Below are positions 18,860 through 28,906 of a DNA stretch of 64,000 nucleotides, piece after piece. The position numbers and the translations under genes are program-made. The notes under the pieces are model-generated. The model saw only the letters and a list, made by a program, of their open reading frames with translations, searched no databases and was not told the DNA's origin. Positions within the stretch are counted from its first letter, which is position 1, and each line of letters opens with the position of its first letter. The DNA is taken from the sequence record OR413585.1. One strand, written 5' to 3'.

Positions 18860-18993
18860 CATGAAATAACTCTCACCCGAGTGTTCACAGCACTCGGGTT
18901 ATTCCATGCATATAAATACTTCGTCGTATTTTTTTTTGATCTTGGCAGGACGCATAAACTGCCCGTAGGGGAGCCTAAGCTCCCCAGTGTTCG

Positions 18994-20556
18994 TTAGAAC
19001 AAATCATCACCCATTCCACCGGTGAAGAAGTTGATAGACGACGCTGTTACGGTTTCTTCTTTATCACAATCCCAAGGCAGGATGCCAACATCCTGGAAAG
19101 GTATCACTGTGTAGTGATAAGATTCTTTAGTATCGATAATGGTGCGGTGTTTACCGCGTTGAACTTCTAAGAAGCTATGGCCGTTGACCACACGCTTGTT
19201 AAAATACATTTCACCATCGGCCTCGTTATCAAGGCTCGAACAACTATCGTAAAGACCACGACCAGGTAAGTTCTTACAGAAGCCTACCGGGTCTAACGCT
19301 TTTAAGCGTTTACCTTCTGGGGAAATCTGGTGTGGGGCAATTAAGAACCCACGGTTGCGTACCACTTGAATGTTACGAGCAATACGATAAATTTCTTTGA
19401 TATCACTCCCGGCAATGCCGTTGCCGTGTCCTGCTTTGCTGATTGTGCCTAAGTAGTCTGCGCGAATGCCAACAACATGATAACCGCGACGACGTAAGTC
19501 GAGAATAAGGTCGTTGATGTAGTGCACTTTAAAATCGGAGTTGGTGTGCTTTTGGAAAACGTAGTCCCAACCGTTTGCGCGAATCTTACCACAGAGGTAA
19601 TCAGACATTGCTGTTGTGTGTGCTAACTTCTCTTCAGCGGTTGCATCCTGTGCAATGGTCATCTGTGGAACTTGTCCTTCAAAATGACCGTACAGTGCTT
19701 GATAGCCGTAAGCTAAGTTAACGTCGAGTTCGTTTTCTAAACTCAAGTCAAGAATAATTGGTTGCAGTGTGCCCTTCACATCCGCCATTACTTTCTCAGG
19801 CGTGTTGAAGATAGGAATCGATAAGCTCAGTAAGAGACTGAACAAAGACTTACAGTTAAAAGGTAACGCCGGCATAAGCCACAGTTCTTCGGTAATCCCT
19901 TTGTTACAACCGAGCATTTGGTTAATGGCTTTCCAGCCCGTCTGCAAACCATTACCTGCTGCTTTCTTGTTAATCGAGTCGAACACTTTAACAAACGGAG
20001 CCCGATTATCTGTAACCAGCTCACCGACCAGTGATGGAATCTTATTATGAGAGCGTTCACCGAACGTAGATAGCGCCTCTTTGAGTTCGAGCACTGCGGT
20101 GTTCAGATCAACACGTGTCTCAGTTCCATTCAATGCTCCGAACGCGCGACCCATTTTTGTTTTGAGTTCGACGCTCTGTAAACATTGACGTAATTGGAAA
20201 TAATATTGAGACAGTTGTCGATTAAGATGCTCGGTACGTTTGTCTTCTTCCTCGGGCAAATCGTCTTCGAGGAATTTGGTAATCGTATCGTATAGAGGAC
20301 GTACTTGAGTGGTGGCCAGCTTCAAGCGCTTCATAACGCTCGCGTGGTCGTATTCCATGCCGCCGTCTATGATAGATGTGATAATGTCCTTGATCTCGAT
20401 GAGTGCAAAGCGCTCTTCGCCATCTTCCGCATATTCCGGAAGCTTGATCTGCATCAGAACTTTTCTTATGACATCATGATCCTTGCTAGGGTCCGTCAGC
20501 ATAGATTCTGTATACAGTGCGGCTAAGGCGGTTATCAACATCATTTTACTATTCAT
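18994..20556 (-). CDS. dnaB: DnaB-like (SF4) replicative helicase, phiKZ type
   Basis: GLQTGWKAINQMLG, phiKZ-type Walker A ALPFNCKS, ADYLG Walker B, APHQIS, VQRGKHR; sits next to the capsid gene as in phiKZ-like phages. Confidence 0.85.
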   Translation of the reverse strand: MNSKMMLITALAALYTESMLTDPSKDHDVIRKVLMQIKLPEYAEDGEERFALIEIKDIITSIIDGGMEYDHASVMKRLKLATTQVRPLYDTITKFLEDDLPEEEDKRTEHLNRQLSQYYFQLRQCLQSVELKTKMGRAFGALNGTETRVDLNTAVLELKEALSTFGERSHNKIPSLVGELVTDNRAPFVKVFDSINKKAAGNGLQTGWKAINQMLGCNKGITEELWLMPALPFNCKSLFSLLLSLSIPIFNTPEKVMADVKGTLQPIILDLSLENELDVNLAYGYQALYGHFEGQVPQMTIAQDATAEEKLAHTTAMSDYLCGKIRANGWDYVFQKHTNSDFKVHYINDLILDLRRRGYHVVGIRADYLGTISKAGHGNGIAGSDIKEIYRIARNIQVVRNRGFLIAPHQISPEGKRLKALDPVGFCKNLPGRGLYDSCSSLDNEADGEMYFNKRVVNGHSFLEVQRGKHRTIIDTKESYHYTVIPFQDVGILPWDCDKEETVTASSINFFTGGMGDDLF

Positions 20557-20570
20557 GGAGCATCCTTAAA

Positions 20571-21095
20571 ATGCAAATTCGTTTTAGTCCACCGTGGGAA
20601 GTTCAATCTAACATAGATAAAGGGGCTGGCGTTAAAAAGTTGGAGGAACTCCAAGCAAGCTTCTTTAACTGGTTATATGACTGCTCGTCGGGCTTTAGTT
20701 CCATCATACTGCCAGTGAGTGACCCTATTTCGATTTATAAATCGATTATGGCACCACCTGCACTTCCGACTCTTTATTATGACCAGGTCTTAAACCTGGT
20801 TGAGAAAGGTACGAATGAAACCCTTGCTGATTTATATGGGGAATCATTCGACGGTCGTTTACGTTGGGTGTTCTCACAACGTGGCGATGTTGTTGTGGCG
20901 TCTTTTGCAGAAGCTAAATCCGGACCGGGTTTTTCTTTAAGTGAAGACCACGCTGCGAAAAAGATGTTCTGCGCAGAACTTTTTAAATATATGCGTCCCA
21001 AGACTCGTGTCGTGGATGATACGTTCAGTACGTCGACGCAGTTTGCTGCGCACGAAGTGCTGACGCAGTTGTACGCATGTCATTTATCTAAATAA
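20571..21095 (+). CDS. Head-associated protein upstream of the major capsid gene
   Basis: ATG 20571 with GGAG at 20557 (track start 20517 overlaps the helicase). Confidence 0.65.
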   Translation: MQIRFSPPWEVQSNIDKGAGVKKLEELQASFFNWLYDCSSGFSSIILPVSDPISIYKSIMAPPALPTLYYDQVLNLVEKGTNETLADLYGESFDGRLRWVFSQRGDVVVASFAEAKSGPGFSLSEDHAAKKMFCAELFKYMRPKTRVVDDTFSTSTQFAAHEVLTQLYACHLSK

Positions 21096-21107
21096 GGTAA
21101 ACTTGAA

Positions 21108-23405
21108 ATGAAAGATACCCGTATCGCTAGTCTGGACCAGCTGGTTCAGCAGGGCAATGCTCTGGTCGCTGCTGCCAAGGCAGGCTCTTCCGCTAATGAC
21201 GTATGGCAAACCGTAGCCGTTGGCGAATCTGTACGTAAAAATGCTGCCGGCTTCACCAACCTGCGTGACACTGCTCAGCAGCACTACGAAGCTGTAAACC
21301 CTGGCAAAACCATGAGCCACGCTGCTCAGGTTGCTTCTGCGATGATTCTGGCTGCTGCCGGTCACGAAGATGACTTCATGACCCGTGTTGCTGCTGAGAG
21401 CGCGAAGCCGGAATATGCCAGCTACATGCCGATCGCTATTTCCGGTGCAGCATCTCTGGCTGCTGACTACGGTAAAACTCCGCTGGTCGCAACCGAATAC
21501 TACACCAACAAAGACCTGGACAAAAACCTGGGTCTGACCTGGACGCTGAACGTGCGTGCTCTGGAAACTCAATCCAAGTTTGCAGAAACCCTGTTCCCGA
21601 CCATCACTGTGGACACCAACGACGTCGGCATCACCGTTCGTACCAAAGTTACTACTGTAACTCGTGGTATCCTGAACGCCCTGCTGACCAAAGACGTGGT
21701 TGAAGACAACCGTCAGCCGCTGCATAACGCGCTGTCTAACCACAAAGTCCTGCAGGACGATGCTATCCGTATCGTTCCTTACGTGATGGAAACCGGCGAG
21801 AACGCGAAGTTCTTCGTATCCGAAGACATCATCGAAAACGAAAACGTTCAGCTGGGTCGTGTGCCGGCGTATCCGACCAACTACCTGAGCTTCTCTGAAC
21901 GTCGTCTGAACCTGTTCCAGCTGTCTGCCCATCCGGGTATCGTGCAGGAAGGTTACGATGAAACCGACGAAATCGCACCGGGTGCGGCGCTGGGTAGCCT
22001 GCTGCTGTCTGTGCGTAAGCCGACCGAAGAAGCGAAAGATGGTGCGCTGATCAAACTGAACGTACGCGACATGCAGTTCGCTACTTTCCAGCGTCCTCCT
22101 GAAGGTGATGGCCGTGAGCTGGTCCTGCAGTTCCGTCGCACCGTGTTCTCCCTGAACGCCAAGTCTCTGGACTGGAAAGGTGCTGAAATCCCGGCACTGG
22201 CCGCTCTGGCACAGAACGATTACACCATTCGTTATTCCATGAACATCAGCATGTCTCTGTTCACCAACGGTCAGTTCTCTGGTCGTGTTGACGTGACTGC
22301 ACCGTCTCTGGAAATCGAAGGTCTGTACGACGCAACTGGTACTGCTGTTGATATCGAAAGCGGCACCGGCAAAGTGATCATCGACAACCTGAAACTGGAG
22401 CTGCTGGGCTGGCGCTTCGACGGTACTCGTACCAACGAGAACCGGAGAACCCAGGGCCTTCTGCTCGACCCGATTTGGGAACAAGAGAACTACAAACTGC
22501 AGTACGGTTCTCCGATCATGACCAAATCTCCGGTTGGCGTTGAATACGACGACACCGAACGTCTGGACGACCTCGTTTCTGCGGTTAACATCCGTAACGA
22601 AATGCTGGCTATCACTCAGACTCTGTCTTACACCGAAGCGGTTAAGAACGCAGCTGCGTCCATGATCACTCCGTGGGACAAACCTGCTATCCGCGGCCTG
22701 GGCCGTCACTGGGTTGCTCCGTGGTACAGCGAAAGCGACTACGAAGTGGACAAAGTGATCCAGTCTCTGGATACCAAAGATGCGCTCATCAACGCCCGTC
22801 AGGGTCTGGTACAGCGTATCGGTGACCAGGTAACTCGCGCTATTCAGGACTCTCGCTTCATGCCGGCTCTGCGCCTGCTGACTGCGGACCCGAACGCACT
22901 GCCGAAAGTTGTTATCGCAACTGACGAACCGACTGCTGCAATGCTGCTGCTGGTTCAGGGTGACCAGCGTCTGCTGGGCGATCGCTACGAGTACGAAGTT
23001 ATCACCACCAACGATGACCGCTGGCGTGTGAAGAACGAAGCTGACGGCAGCTGGACTCGCCGCCTGCAGTGGGTTCTGAAAGTTCCAACCGCTGATGATG
23101 GTTCTTACTGTGTTCTGAACTGGGGTAACCACTTCTGGTCTCCGATCATGGTAACCAACATCAACATCCAGCGTAACGGCGCTACCAGCAAAGAGCTGGC
23201 AGTACAGCCTCGTAACGCGCACATCTGCCACTGCCCGATCACTGGTCTGATCTGGATTAAAGGTATCACCAAGTTCGTGGAAGAGAAACTGGCGTTCAAC
23301 GTCACTACTACTTCCAACGGTACCGGCGGTACTGACGGTGGTAATGCTGGTGATGTTGGCGGCGGTACCCAGCCAGGTACTGGCGGTGAAGGCGCTGGCG
23401 GCTAA
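21108..23405 (+). CDS. Major capsid protein (phiKZ gp120/SPN3US gp75-like)
   Basis: 765 aa, strong codon bias, propeptide ending PLVATE-130, Gly-rich C-tail, strong terminator downstream. Confidence 0.9.
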   Translation: MKDTRIASLDQLVQQGNALVAAAKAGSSANDVWQTVAVGESVRKNAAGFTNLRDTAQQHYEAVNPGKTMSHAAQVASAMILAAAGHEDDFMTRVAAESAKPEYASYMPIAISGAASLAADYGKTPLVATEYYTNKDLDKNLGLTWTLNVRALETQSKFAETLFPTITVDTNDVGITVRTKVTTVTRGILNALLTKDVVEDNRQPLHNALSNHKVLQDDAIRIVPYVMETGENAKFFVSEDIIENENVQLGRVPAYPTNYLSFSERRLNLFQLSAHPGIVQEGYDETDEIAPGAALGSLLLSVRKPTEEAKDGALIKLNVRDMQFATFQRPPEGDGRELVLQFRRTVFSLNAKSLDWKGAEIPALAALAQNDYTIRYSMNISMSLFTNGQFSGRVDVTAPSLEIEGLYDATGTAVDIESGTGKVIIDNLKLELLGWRFDGTRTNENRRTQGLLLDPIWEQENYKLQYGSPIMTKSPVGVEYDDTERLDDLVSAVNIRNEMLAITQTLSYTEAVKNAAASMITPWDKPAIRGLGRHWVAPWYSESDYEVDKVIQSLDTKDALINARQGLVQRIGDQVTRAIQDSRFMPALRLLTADPNALPKVVIATDEPTAAMLLLVQGDQRLLGDRYEYEVITTNDDRWRVKNEADGSWTRRLQWVLKVPTADDGSYCVLNWGNHFWSPIMVTNINIQRNGATSKELAVQPRNAHICHCPITGLIWIKGITKFVEEKLAFNVTTTSNGTGGTDGGNAGDVGGGTQPGTGGEGAGG

Positions 23406-23435
23406 TAATCCGTAAGGATTACGTTGCCTAAGATT

Positions 23436-23475
23436 AGCTTACTCCCTTCGGGGAGTAAGCTTTTTCTTTTTTTCT
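23436..23475 (+). terminator. Intrinsic terminator after the capsid gene
   Basis: agcttactcc-cttcg-ggagtaagct plus T-tract. Confidence 0.85.
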
Positions 23476-23480
23476 AAAAA

Positions 23481-23506
23481 TTTATAGATAGATATTATCT
23501 TAGGGA
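23481..23506 (+). promoter_or_regulatory. Early promoter, class B
   Basis: tttatagatagatattatcttaggga matches the repeated motif. Confidence 0.6.
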
Positions 23507-23540
23507 GAGAGTCATTCGGTTTTAACTTAAGGAGACAGTA

Positions 23541-24239
23541 ATGGTAATCAATTTAGAAAAATCAAGATTAGTTGCGCCTATGTTCGACGGCAGAGGATTT
23601 ATGGCAGCCGGCTTTTTTGTATCGGAATGTTCTGTTCCCTTCCGTGAAAATTCTGAAGAACCTACTAATTTTTATCTCAGTCACGATGCGGTAAGTGCGA
23701 TATTGCAGTGGGTGAGGATGTGGGAACTTCATTTACAAGGTGATAACAGTCTGCGGATGGATTATCCGCAGTTAAATATAAACGGTGTTGTGTTCACTCT
23801 ATATTCCATCGCCGACTACGACTACAATGAGCTGAAAAATATACACCCTAGCCAGGCAACGCAAATATTCGACACCATACGTCAGAACTTCGCGACTGGG
23901 TTTACTGAACGGAAAGATTTGTGGGAAAAAGCCAATCACCCATTTGGTAGTTATTCTGCGGAGTCGTTTAACGTTCTCGGCAGAAGGATGGAGTTTGACT
24001 ACGATAACGCCGCAGTGCGTTATAATTACCAAATCGTGAATCAGCCGATCCCCGCCCCGTATGCGTCTCTCGAGTTAACGATGGTAAAGATAGCCGATGC
24101 ACTCCTCTCAGTAGCAAACACGAACACGTATCCGCAAGCTGGATACGAGCTGGGTCTGAAGTTGGGCTTCGGCGACCAGAAGTTGGCTGATTTAACCCGC
24201 GACCAACTCCGCGAAATAGCCCAACGCCTAATACCCTAA
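23541..24239 (+). CDS. Hypothetical (early) protein
   Basis: 232 aa, AAGGAG SD. Confidence 0.75.
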   Translation: MVINLEKSRLVAPMFDGRGFMAAGFFVSECSVPFRENSEEPTNFYLSHDAVSAILQWVRMWELHLQGDNSLRMDYPQLNINGVVFTLYSIADYDYNELKNIHPSQATQIFDTIRQNFATGFTERKDLWEKANHPFGSYSAESFNVLGRRMEFDYDNAAVRYNYQIVNQPIPAPYASLELTMVKIADALLSVANTNTYPQAGYELGLKLGFGDQKLADLTRDQLREIAQRLIP

Positions 24240-24245
24240 AGTTTT

Positions 24246-24311
24246 TTACGTTACGGGCACTGGGTATGAACCCGTGCCCAAAGTAATCTGAGATAGATAT
24301 TATCTACGTGA
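24246..24311 (+). promoter_or_regulatory. Tandem promoters: TTAC-N15-TATG (24246-68) and class B early motif (24287-311)
   Basis: Both repeated motifs are present upstream of 24345. Confidence 0.55.
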
Positions 24312-24344
24312 ATAATTCTTTTGGTATTATTACTGGGATGCTCA

Positions 24345-25349
24345 ATGAACCGTTATGATTTAGACGTTCAGCCAACGCTAACCCAGCGGCCCATGCACCG
24401 TGGTGCCGTGTCGAAGACTATCACGTACGAAAATAATACCGGGTTTCCCATTTACGTCACTGAACTCAGTGGCGGGCATTTTGTTTTAGCCCCGTCGTCC
24501 ACCACAGCGGCGGAATTTGGGATTGTGATTTACGTGACCTATACGGTGTTTGCGAACGGTGCTAACCTATCTGGTTTGCGCGACGCACATTCGCCAAAGC
24601 AGTATGCGCAGATATGTAAGGAATTAACTACGAACGGCGAAACAACGCTGATGTATGTAGTTGATGATATCGGTGCGTTAATGCGAGGCGACTTGGTGGT
24701 GTTGAAAAAGCTAGGAATGGCTTTCTCTACCCAACCAGTAAAACTCGATTCTGAGGTTATTGGTAAGCCAGGAGGGGATCGTAAAGAATTTGCCTTGGGC
24801 GTGGTAGTTGTACAGAAGTACGAAGACCCAGCACCTTTAAAGTGGCTGAGGTTCTATACAACGATGTTGGAAGTCGAACCGATTCGATCGAAGTATTACG
24901 ACGAGGGTATATACATGGTAATCGGTGGTGCGGAGTGCGTCGAAGGGGGTAAGATGATAATGTACTCTTTCGATGACCCGATGTCCCCGTTCCGGGCGTT
25001 TGCATCTGAAGATGAAGCGAGGCGTTATCGGTGGCTCGATAACATTCCAGAGTTGCGAGATGTTCGTGCGAAGCTGGAAGCCACGTATCAGGCCAAGTTG
25101 CAAGATCTCGATGAGAAAAAGAATCGGCAAGACCTCGATTATCGTACACAACTTAATAATCTGGCGCTAGAGAAGGAGAGGATTAACACCCTTAACACAA
25201 TCCAGACGAATGAGCTTAAGTTGCGTTCCGATGTTCGTAAAGACCAATACGAGTCCCGAGCTTATCAGCGAAAAGATAGCTCGGAGTTCTTGAAATCCAT
25301 TCCCGCGTATTTGGCTGCAGGGGTAGCACTCGTTGGGATGATTCTCTGA
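24345..25349 (+). CDS. Conserved protein with C-terminal coiled coil and hydrophobic tail
   Basis: ATG 24345 (track TTG 24321); ends IPAYLAAGVALVGMIL. Confidence 0.7.
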   Translation: MNRYDLDVQPTLTQRPMHRGAVSKTITYENNTGFPIYVTELSGGHFVLAPSSTTAAEFGIVIYVTYTVFANGANLSGLRDAHSPKQYAQICKELTTNGETTLMYVVDDIGALMRGDLVVLKKLGMAFSTQPVKLDSEVIGKPGGDRKEFALGVVVVQKYEDPAPLKWLRFYTTMLEVEPIRSKYYDEGIYMVIGGAECVEGGKMIMYSFDDPMSPFRAFASEDEARRYRWLDNIPELRDVRAKLEATYQAKLQDLDEKKNRQDLDYRTQLNNLALEKERINTLNTIQTNELKLRSDVRKDQYESRAYQRKDSSEFLKSIPAYLAAGVALVGMIL

Positions 25350-25360
25350 GGGAGGCCGGT

Positions 25361-27139
25361 GTGTTTAAAGATGCGATTAGGAAGATTAAAGAGGCAGGCG
25401 AAATAGTGCCTTTTAATCGTGCAATTGCAGAAGGAGTTGGGTACACACAAGCTAAAGATGGGATACATGATCGTGTGGCAACCATTCTACGTCGTGAGTT
25501 GACGTATGATGAAATCGATAACCCGAAATTACCAGAAGGGTTAACGGTATTAGGTTGTCGCCAAATGTCGCCGTTTGAAGCTTTTATCTTTAAGTTATCG
25601 AAGTCGGATAACAATTCACGAAATAATCGTGGCCGGTCAATTATTAACATCTCATCCACTGACACGTATATGGTAATGGCCTCGTTCCGAGTTCCAGGCG
25701 ATCCTCGCCCGGTGCAACGACCAATGAGCCTGCCGTTTATTCGTCGTGGCGGCTTAATGAACTACTACGGTACAACGTACCACGTAGCACCTGTAATCCA
25801 TCAACCTGGTATATGTCGTGAGCATGGTGGTATCTTTATTAACTTTGACTTCACCCGCAAGGTGTCTATCAAGTTCTGTAAGAAACCAACGAAGATTCTG
25901 GTGAATGGTCGCCCTGAGCAGCTGTTCTTGCCAGGCACGTCGAATCTGTTTGTCTCAACTGGACAGATTGGACACGACACCGATGAGAAGCCACTGATGT
26001 ATTGGCTCTTTGGGCGTTATGGCTTTAAACAAGCCGTGAAGCGTTATGCGGGCGTTGATGTGACGATTTGGCCAGCGATTAAAGTACGTGATGTGGACTT
26101 AACGAAGTATGTGGTGATTCAATCTGGTGAGCCACAACTCGCGAAGACTATCCAGTACGTGCTGTTGGTTAAACGTGAAGATATGCCTAACACCGATGCA
26201 GGGCGTTGGGATCAAAACGAACATCTGTTGCTGGTAGCGACTGCCGCATTCTTCAAAGCGGCGCACTATTACGCAGGTAAACAGAACAGTAAGAACGGTC
26301 GTGCACCAACACTGCCGGGGCTGTTTACACAGATTAATGAAATGGCAATGGACGAAGATATTGCAAACCTCAACTCTGCAGCGTCTTGGCGTGAAGTGTT
26401 GGGCCGCAGTATTCGCGGACTGAAGCCTTCGGATATCGAACTGAGTCGCAGTATGGACAGCCACTTCCAGGAATGCGAACGCTATGTCAACAGCACCTTC
26501 CGTGGTGAGCTGATGGCAAACGATCCGTCCATCCCTGATGATTTGGATATGTTTGATTTCCTCTGGTACACCACGCAGCTGATGGTACGCACTCGACTTA
26601 CCAAGCAAGATGATATTCCGTCTATGTACGGAAAACGTCTCACGGTAACCGATTACTTACTGTTGGGCCAACGTGGCTTTACCACAACGATCTCGAAAAT
26701 ACGTTGGAAGCTGGGGCAGTTGGAACATCGGACTCCAGAGACAGCGGCGAAGTCTATTCGAGACGCACTGAACAAACAGATCGTGCTCAATCTGGTGATG
26801 CGCACCATTACGAGCAACGGCGGTATCAGTTTCTTCAATGCCTCTACAGAATCAATGGTATTGGCAGTGTCTACGCACGCCATCGGTCAAACCGAAACCG
26901 ATGCTAAGCGTTCGAAGAAAGGAGGCAAGACCGTTAACTTGAACGACCGTACTAAGCACGCATCCGCGTCGCATCTGGAATGTGGTAACGTCTATTATAT
27001 TCCTAAGTCGGCACCGTTTAAGGCGAACATCCTCAACCCGTACATGAAGACCAACCCAAGTTTGGTAATGATGCGGAATCCTAAACTGGACCCGTACATC
27101 AGACCGACCGAAGAAGACATTGCTAAAATCGGCCGCTAA
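25361..27139 (+). CDS. Non-virion RNA polymerase beta-like subunit (phiKZ gp123-like)
   Basis: 592 aa; MSLPFIRRGGLMNYYGTTYHVAPVI resembles RpoB region A; conserved position downstream of the capsid gene; GGAGG SD. Confidence 0.75.
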   Translation: MFKDAIRKIKEAGEIVPFNRAIAEGVGYTQAKDGIHDRVATILRRELTYDEIDNPKLPEGLTVLGCRQMSPFEAFIFKLSKSDNNSRNNRGRSIINISSTDTYMVMASFRVPGDPRPVQRPMSLPFIRRGGLMNYYGTTYHVAPVIHQPGICREHGGIFINFDFTRKVSIKFCKKPTKILVNGRPEQLFLPGTSNLFVSTGQIGHDTDEKPLMYWLFGRYGFKQAVKRYAGVDVTIWPAIKVRDVDLTKYVVIQSGEPQLAKTIQYVLLVKREDMPNTDAGRWDQNEHLLLVATAAFFKAAHYYAGKQNSKNGRAPTLPGLFTQINEMAMDEDIANLNSAASWREVLGRSIRGLKPSDIELSRSMDSHFQECERYVNSTFRGELMANDPSIPDDLDMFDFLWYTTQLMVRTRLTKQDDIPSMYGKRLTVTDYLLLGQRGFTTTISKIRWKLGQLEHRTPETAAKSIRDALNKQIVLNLVMRTITSNGGISFFNASTESMVLAVSTHAIGQTETDAKRSKKGGKTVNLNDRTKHASASHLECGNVYYIPKSAPFKANILNPYMKTNPSLVMMRNPKLDPYIRPTEEDIAKIGR

Positions 27140-27170
27140 TTATTACATCTCTTAAGGAGTATTATTTACA

Positions 27171-28841
27171 ATGAGCATTACTGTTGAACAAATCAAAAAC
27201 GTCATCGTTAAACACCTCGATCAGGACGCGGTACTGTCGCAGTTGAATAACGTGATGCGTAGTCGTAGCATTCCGCCAGATCAGGCGTTAAAGATTGCGA
27301 CGTATGTTGCGGCATGGGCAGCATCCAAAGGGGGTAGTGAAGCACAGGTTATCGCATATGCAGTCGATGCGTATAAAGCAGCTGCCTATCAGCAGGTGCA
27401 TAACGCAGGCGACGCGTATAACGACGATCGCCACACCAAACTGGTTAATGCTTGGGAACAAGTCGGTAAGATTCTTGCCGAAATTCGTTCTCAGCAGTCT
27501 GGCGGTTTGGGTGGCAGTGGTGGTTTAGGTGGTGGTAGCAACGCAGGTGGGTTACTGGGCGGTAACAGTTCTGGCGGTGTGCGTGTTACTGATGGCTTGA
27601 CCATGTCTTCTGCGCCATCCGGTGGTGTTAAGATTGGTAACACGGATGCGGCACTAACCGTGATTGCTGGCGGCGCAGGTCTTAACCTGGTCAGTGATCC
27701 TATTCTGAACCCACAGCCAGCGCAAGTAGCCCCAGCACAACAGCCCCAGCCTGAACCAGCACCGGTGCCTGTACAACCAATGCCGGTGTCTAATGCTACA
27801 GTTAATAACCCAGTGCTTTCCCCACTCGGCGCAACAGAAGAAACCGAGAAGGACACTACCAATGGCCCAATTAACAACATTCTGCAGGAGATTGATTTGA
27901 TGGAAGACTACGCACTTCACGAGCTGAAAACCCCCGAGCTTAAAATGTCGATTCCAGCGAAGGAAGCTAACAGTCGCATTAAGCAATCTGTTTACGCGGA
28001 AACGCGTGATTGGGCTACACCGTTGCAAGATATCTTTAACGGTAATGAAGAGGTTGTTTTCTACGACGGGGCTGACCTGATTGTGCGTGCACGGGATAGT
28101 TATCGCGCGTATCTGGTTGGTGTTAACACTGATATGTGCGAACGCATGAAGCAATTTGTTGCTAAGCACGACGCACTGAAATCCGATCTCGACAGCCTGG
28201 CGTTGGTAGAAGATGTTGAAACTATCATGGCTAAGGTGAAACGTACGATCGATGAGCTGCGTAAGAACACGAAAGAACTGCACGATTATGCGATTGCGAA
28301 CAGCAGCGAAGCAGAAGTGGTTATCAGTGAAATTTCTCGCTTTGCTAATGCGTACCTGGCGAATATCACTTTCCTGGTACACAACGCGCTGTCGCTGGGC
28401 ACTAAGCGTGGTAAAGATGTGCCGAAGTTCAAAGCTATCGATTTCGAACGCAAAATCAGCGATATTGATTTCTTCGTAAAAGATCTGTTCACTGCAACCG
28501 CTGGCGACAACGGCGTAAGTGAATATGAAGACTGGTTCCGTGACCTGTTCCTGATGGTGGCGAACTCTCTGCGCAAACTGACTATCAAGCTGAGCGATTC
28601 TGGCAAGGTGGTTAATCTGATTCAGAGCCAGTTCACCATCGTGATTCCGGGCATGTACCATTCTGTTGATAAACACGACGTAGTTACGGTAGCGTCTCTG
28701 GGCAATACCGCAGACCCGGTTGTGTCTATCTACGAAGCAGTACAGGAAAACGTGCCACATGCAATTGTATTGATGCAGCTGCCGCAGCACACTTACTTGC
28801 TTCTGAGCAATGGTGAGAAAACTGCACCAGTGTTGTACTAA
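27171..28841 (+). CDS. Conserved hypothetical protein with Gly-rich and Pro/Gln-rich linker
   Basis: 556 aa, AAGGAG SD, low-complexity aa 108-205. Confidence 0.75.
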   Translation: MSITVEQIKNVIVKHLDQDAVLSQLNNVMRSRSIPPDQALKIATYVAAWAASKGGSEAQVIAYAVDAYKAAAYQQVHNAGDAYNDDRHTKLVNAWEQVGKILAEIRSQQSGGLGGSGGLGGGSNAGGLLGGNSSGGVRVTDGLTMSSAPSGGVKIGNTDAALTVIAGGAGLNLVSDPILNPQPAQVAPAQQPQPEPAPVPVQPMPVSNATVNNPVLSPLGATEETEKDTTNGPINNILQEIDLMEDYALHELKTPELKMSIPAKEANSRIKQSVYAETRDWATPLQDIFNGNEEVVFYDGADLIVRARDSYRAYLVGVNTDMCERMKQFVAKHDALKSDLDSLALVEDVETIMAKVKRTIDELRKNTKELHDYAIANSSEAEVVISEISRFANAYLANITFLVHNALSLGTKRGKDVPKFKAIDFERKISDIDFFVKDLFTATAGDNGVSEYEDWFRDLFLMVANSLRKLTIKLSDSGKVVNLIQSQFTIVIPGMYHSVDKHDVVTVASLGNTADPVVSIYEAVQENVPHAIVLMQLPQHTYLLLSNGEKTAPVLY

Positions 28842-28848
28842 GTAATAC

Positions 28849-28882
28849 GGAGACCTTCGGGTCTCCTATTATTATTTTTTAT
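28849..28882 (+). terminator. Intrinsic terminator
   Basis: ggagacc-TTCG-ggtctcc plus a T-rich tail. Confidence 0.75.
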
Positions 28883-28906
28883 TCTATCGTGAAAAGGAGT
28901 ATTAAA

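Noticed and set aside
18343-18990. Repeated hairpins as a mini-CRISPR array
   Set aside because: No regularly spaced identical repeats with unique spacers, and no cas genes.
21084-23231. 715-aa antisense ORF over the major capsid gene
   Set aside because: Shadow of strong codon bias on the sense strand (few TTA/CTA/TCA codons); no SD, no motifs, unnatural composition.
27654-28790. 378-aa antisense ORF, plus other antisense ORFs over 5225-7839 and 29572-32316
   Set aside because: Same shadow effect in highly expressed genes; no independent expression signals.
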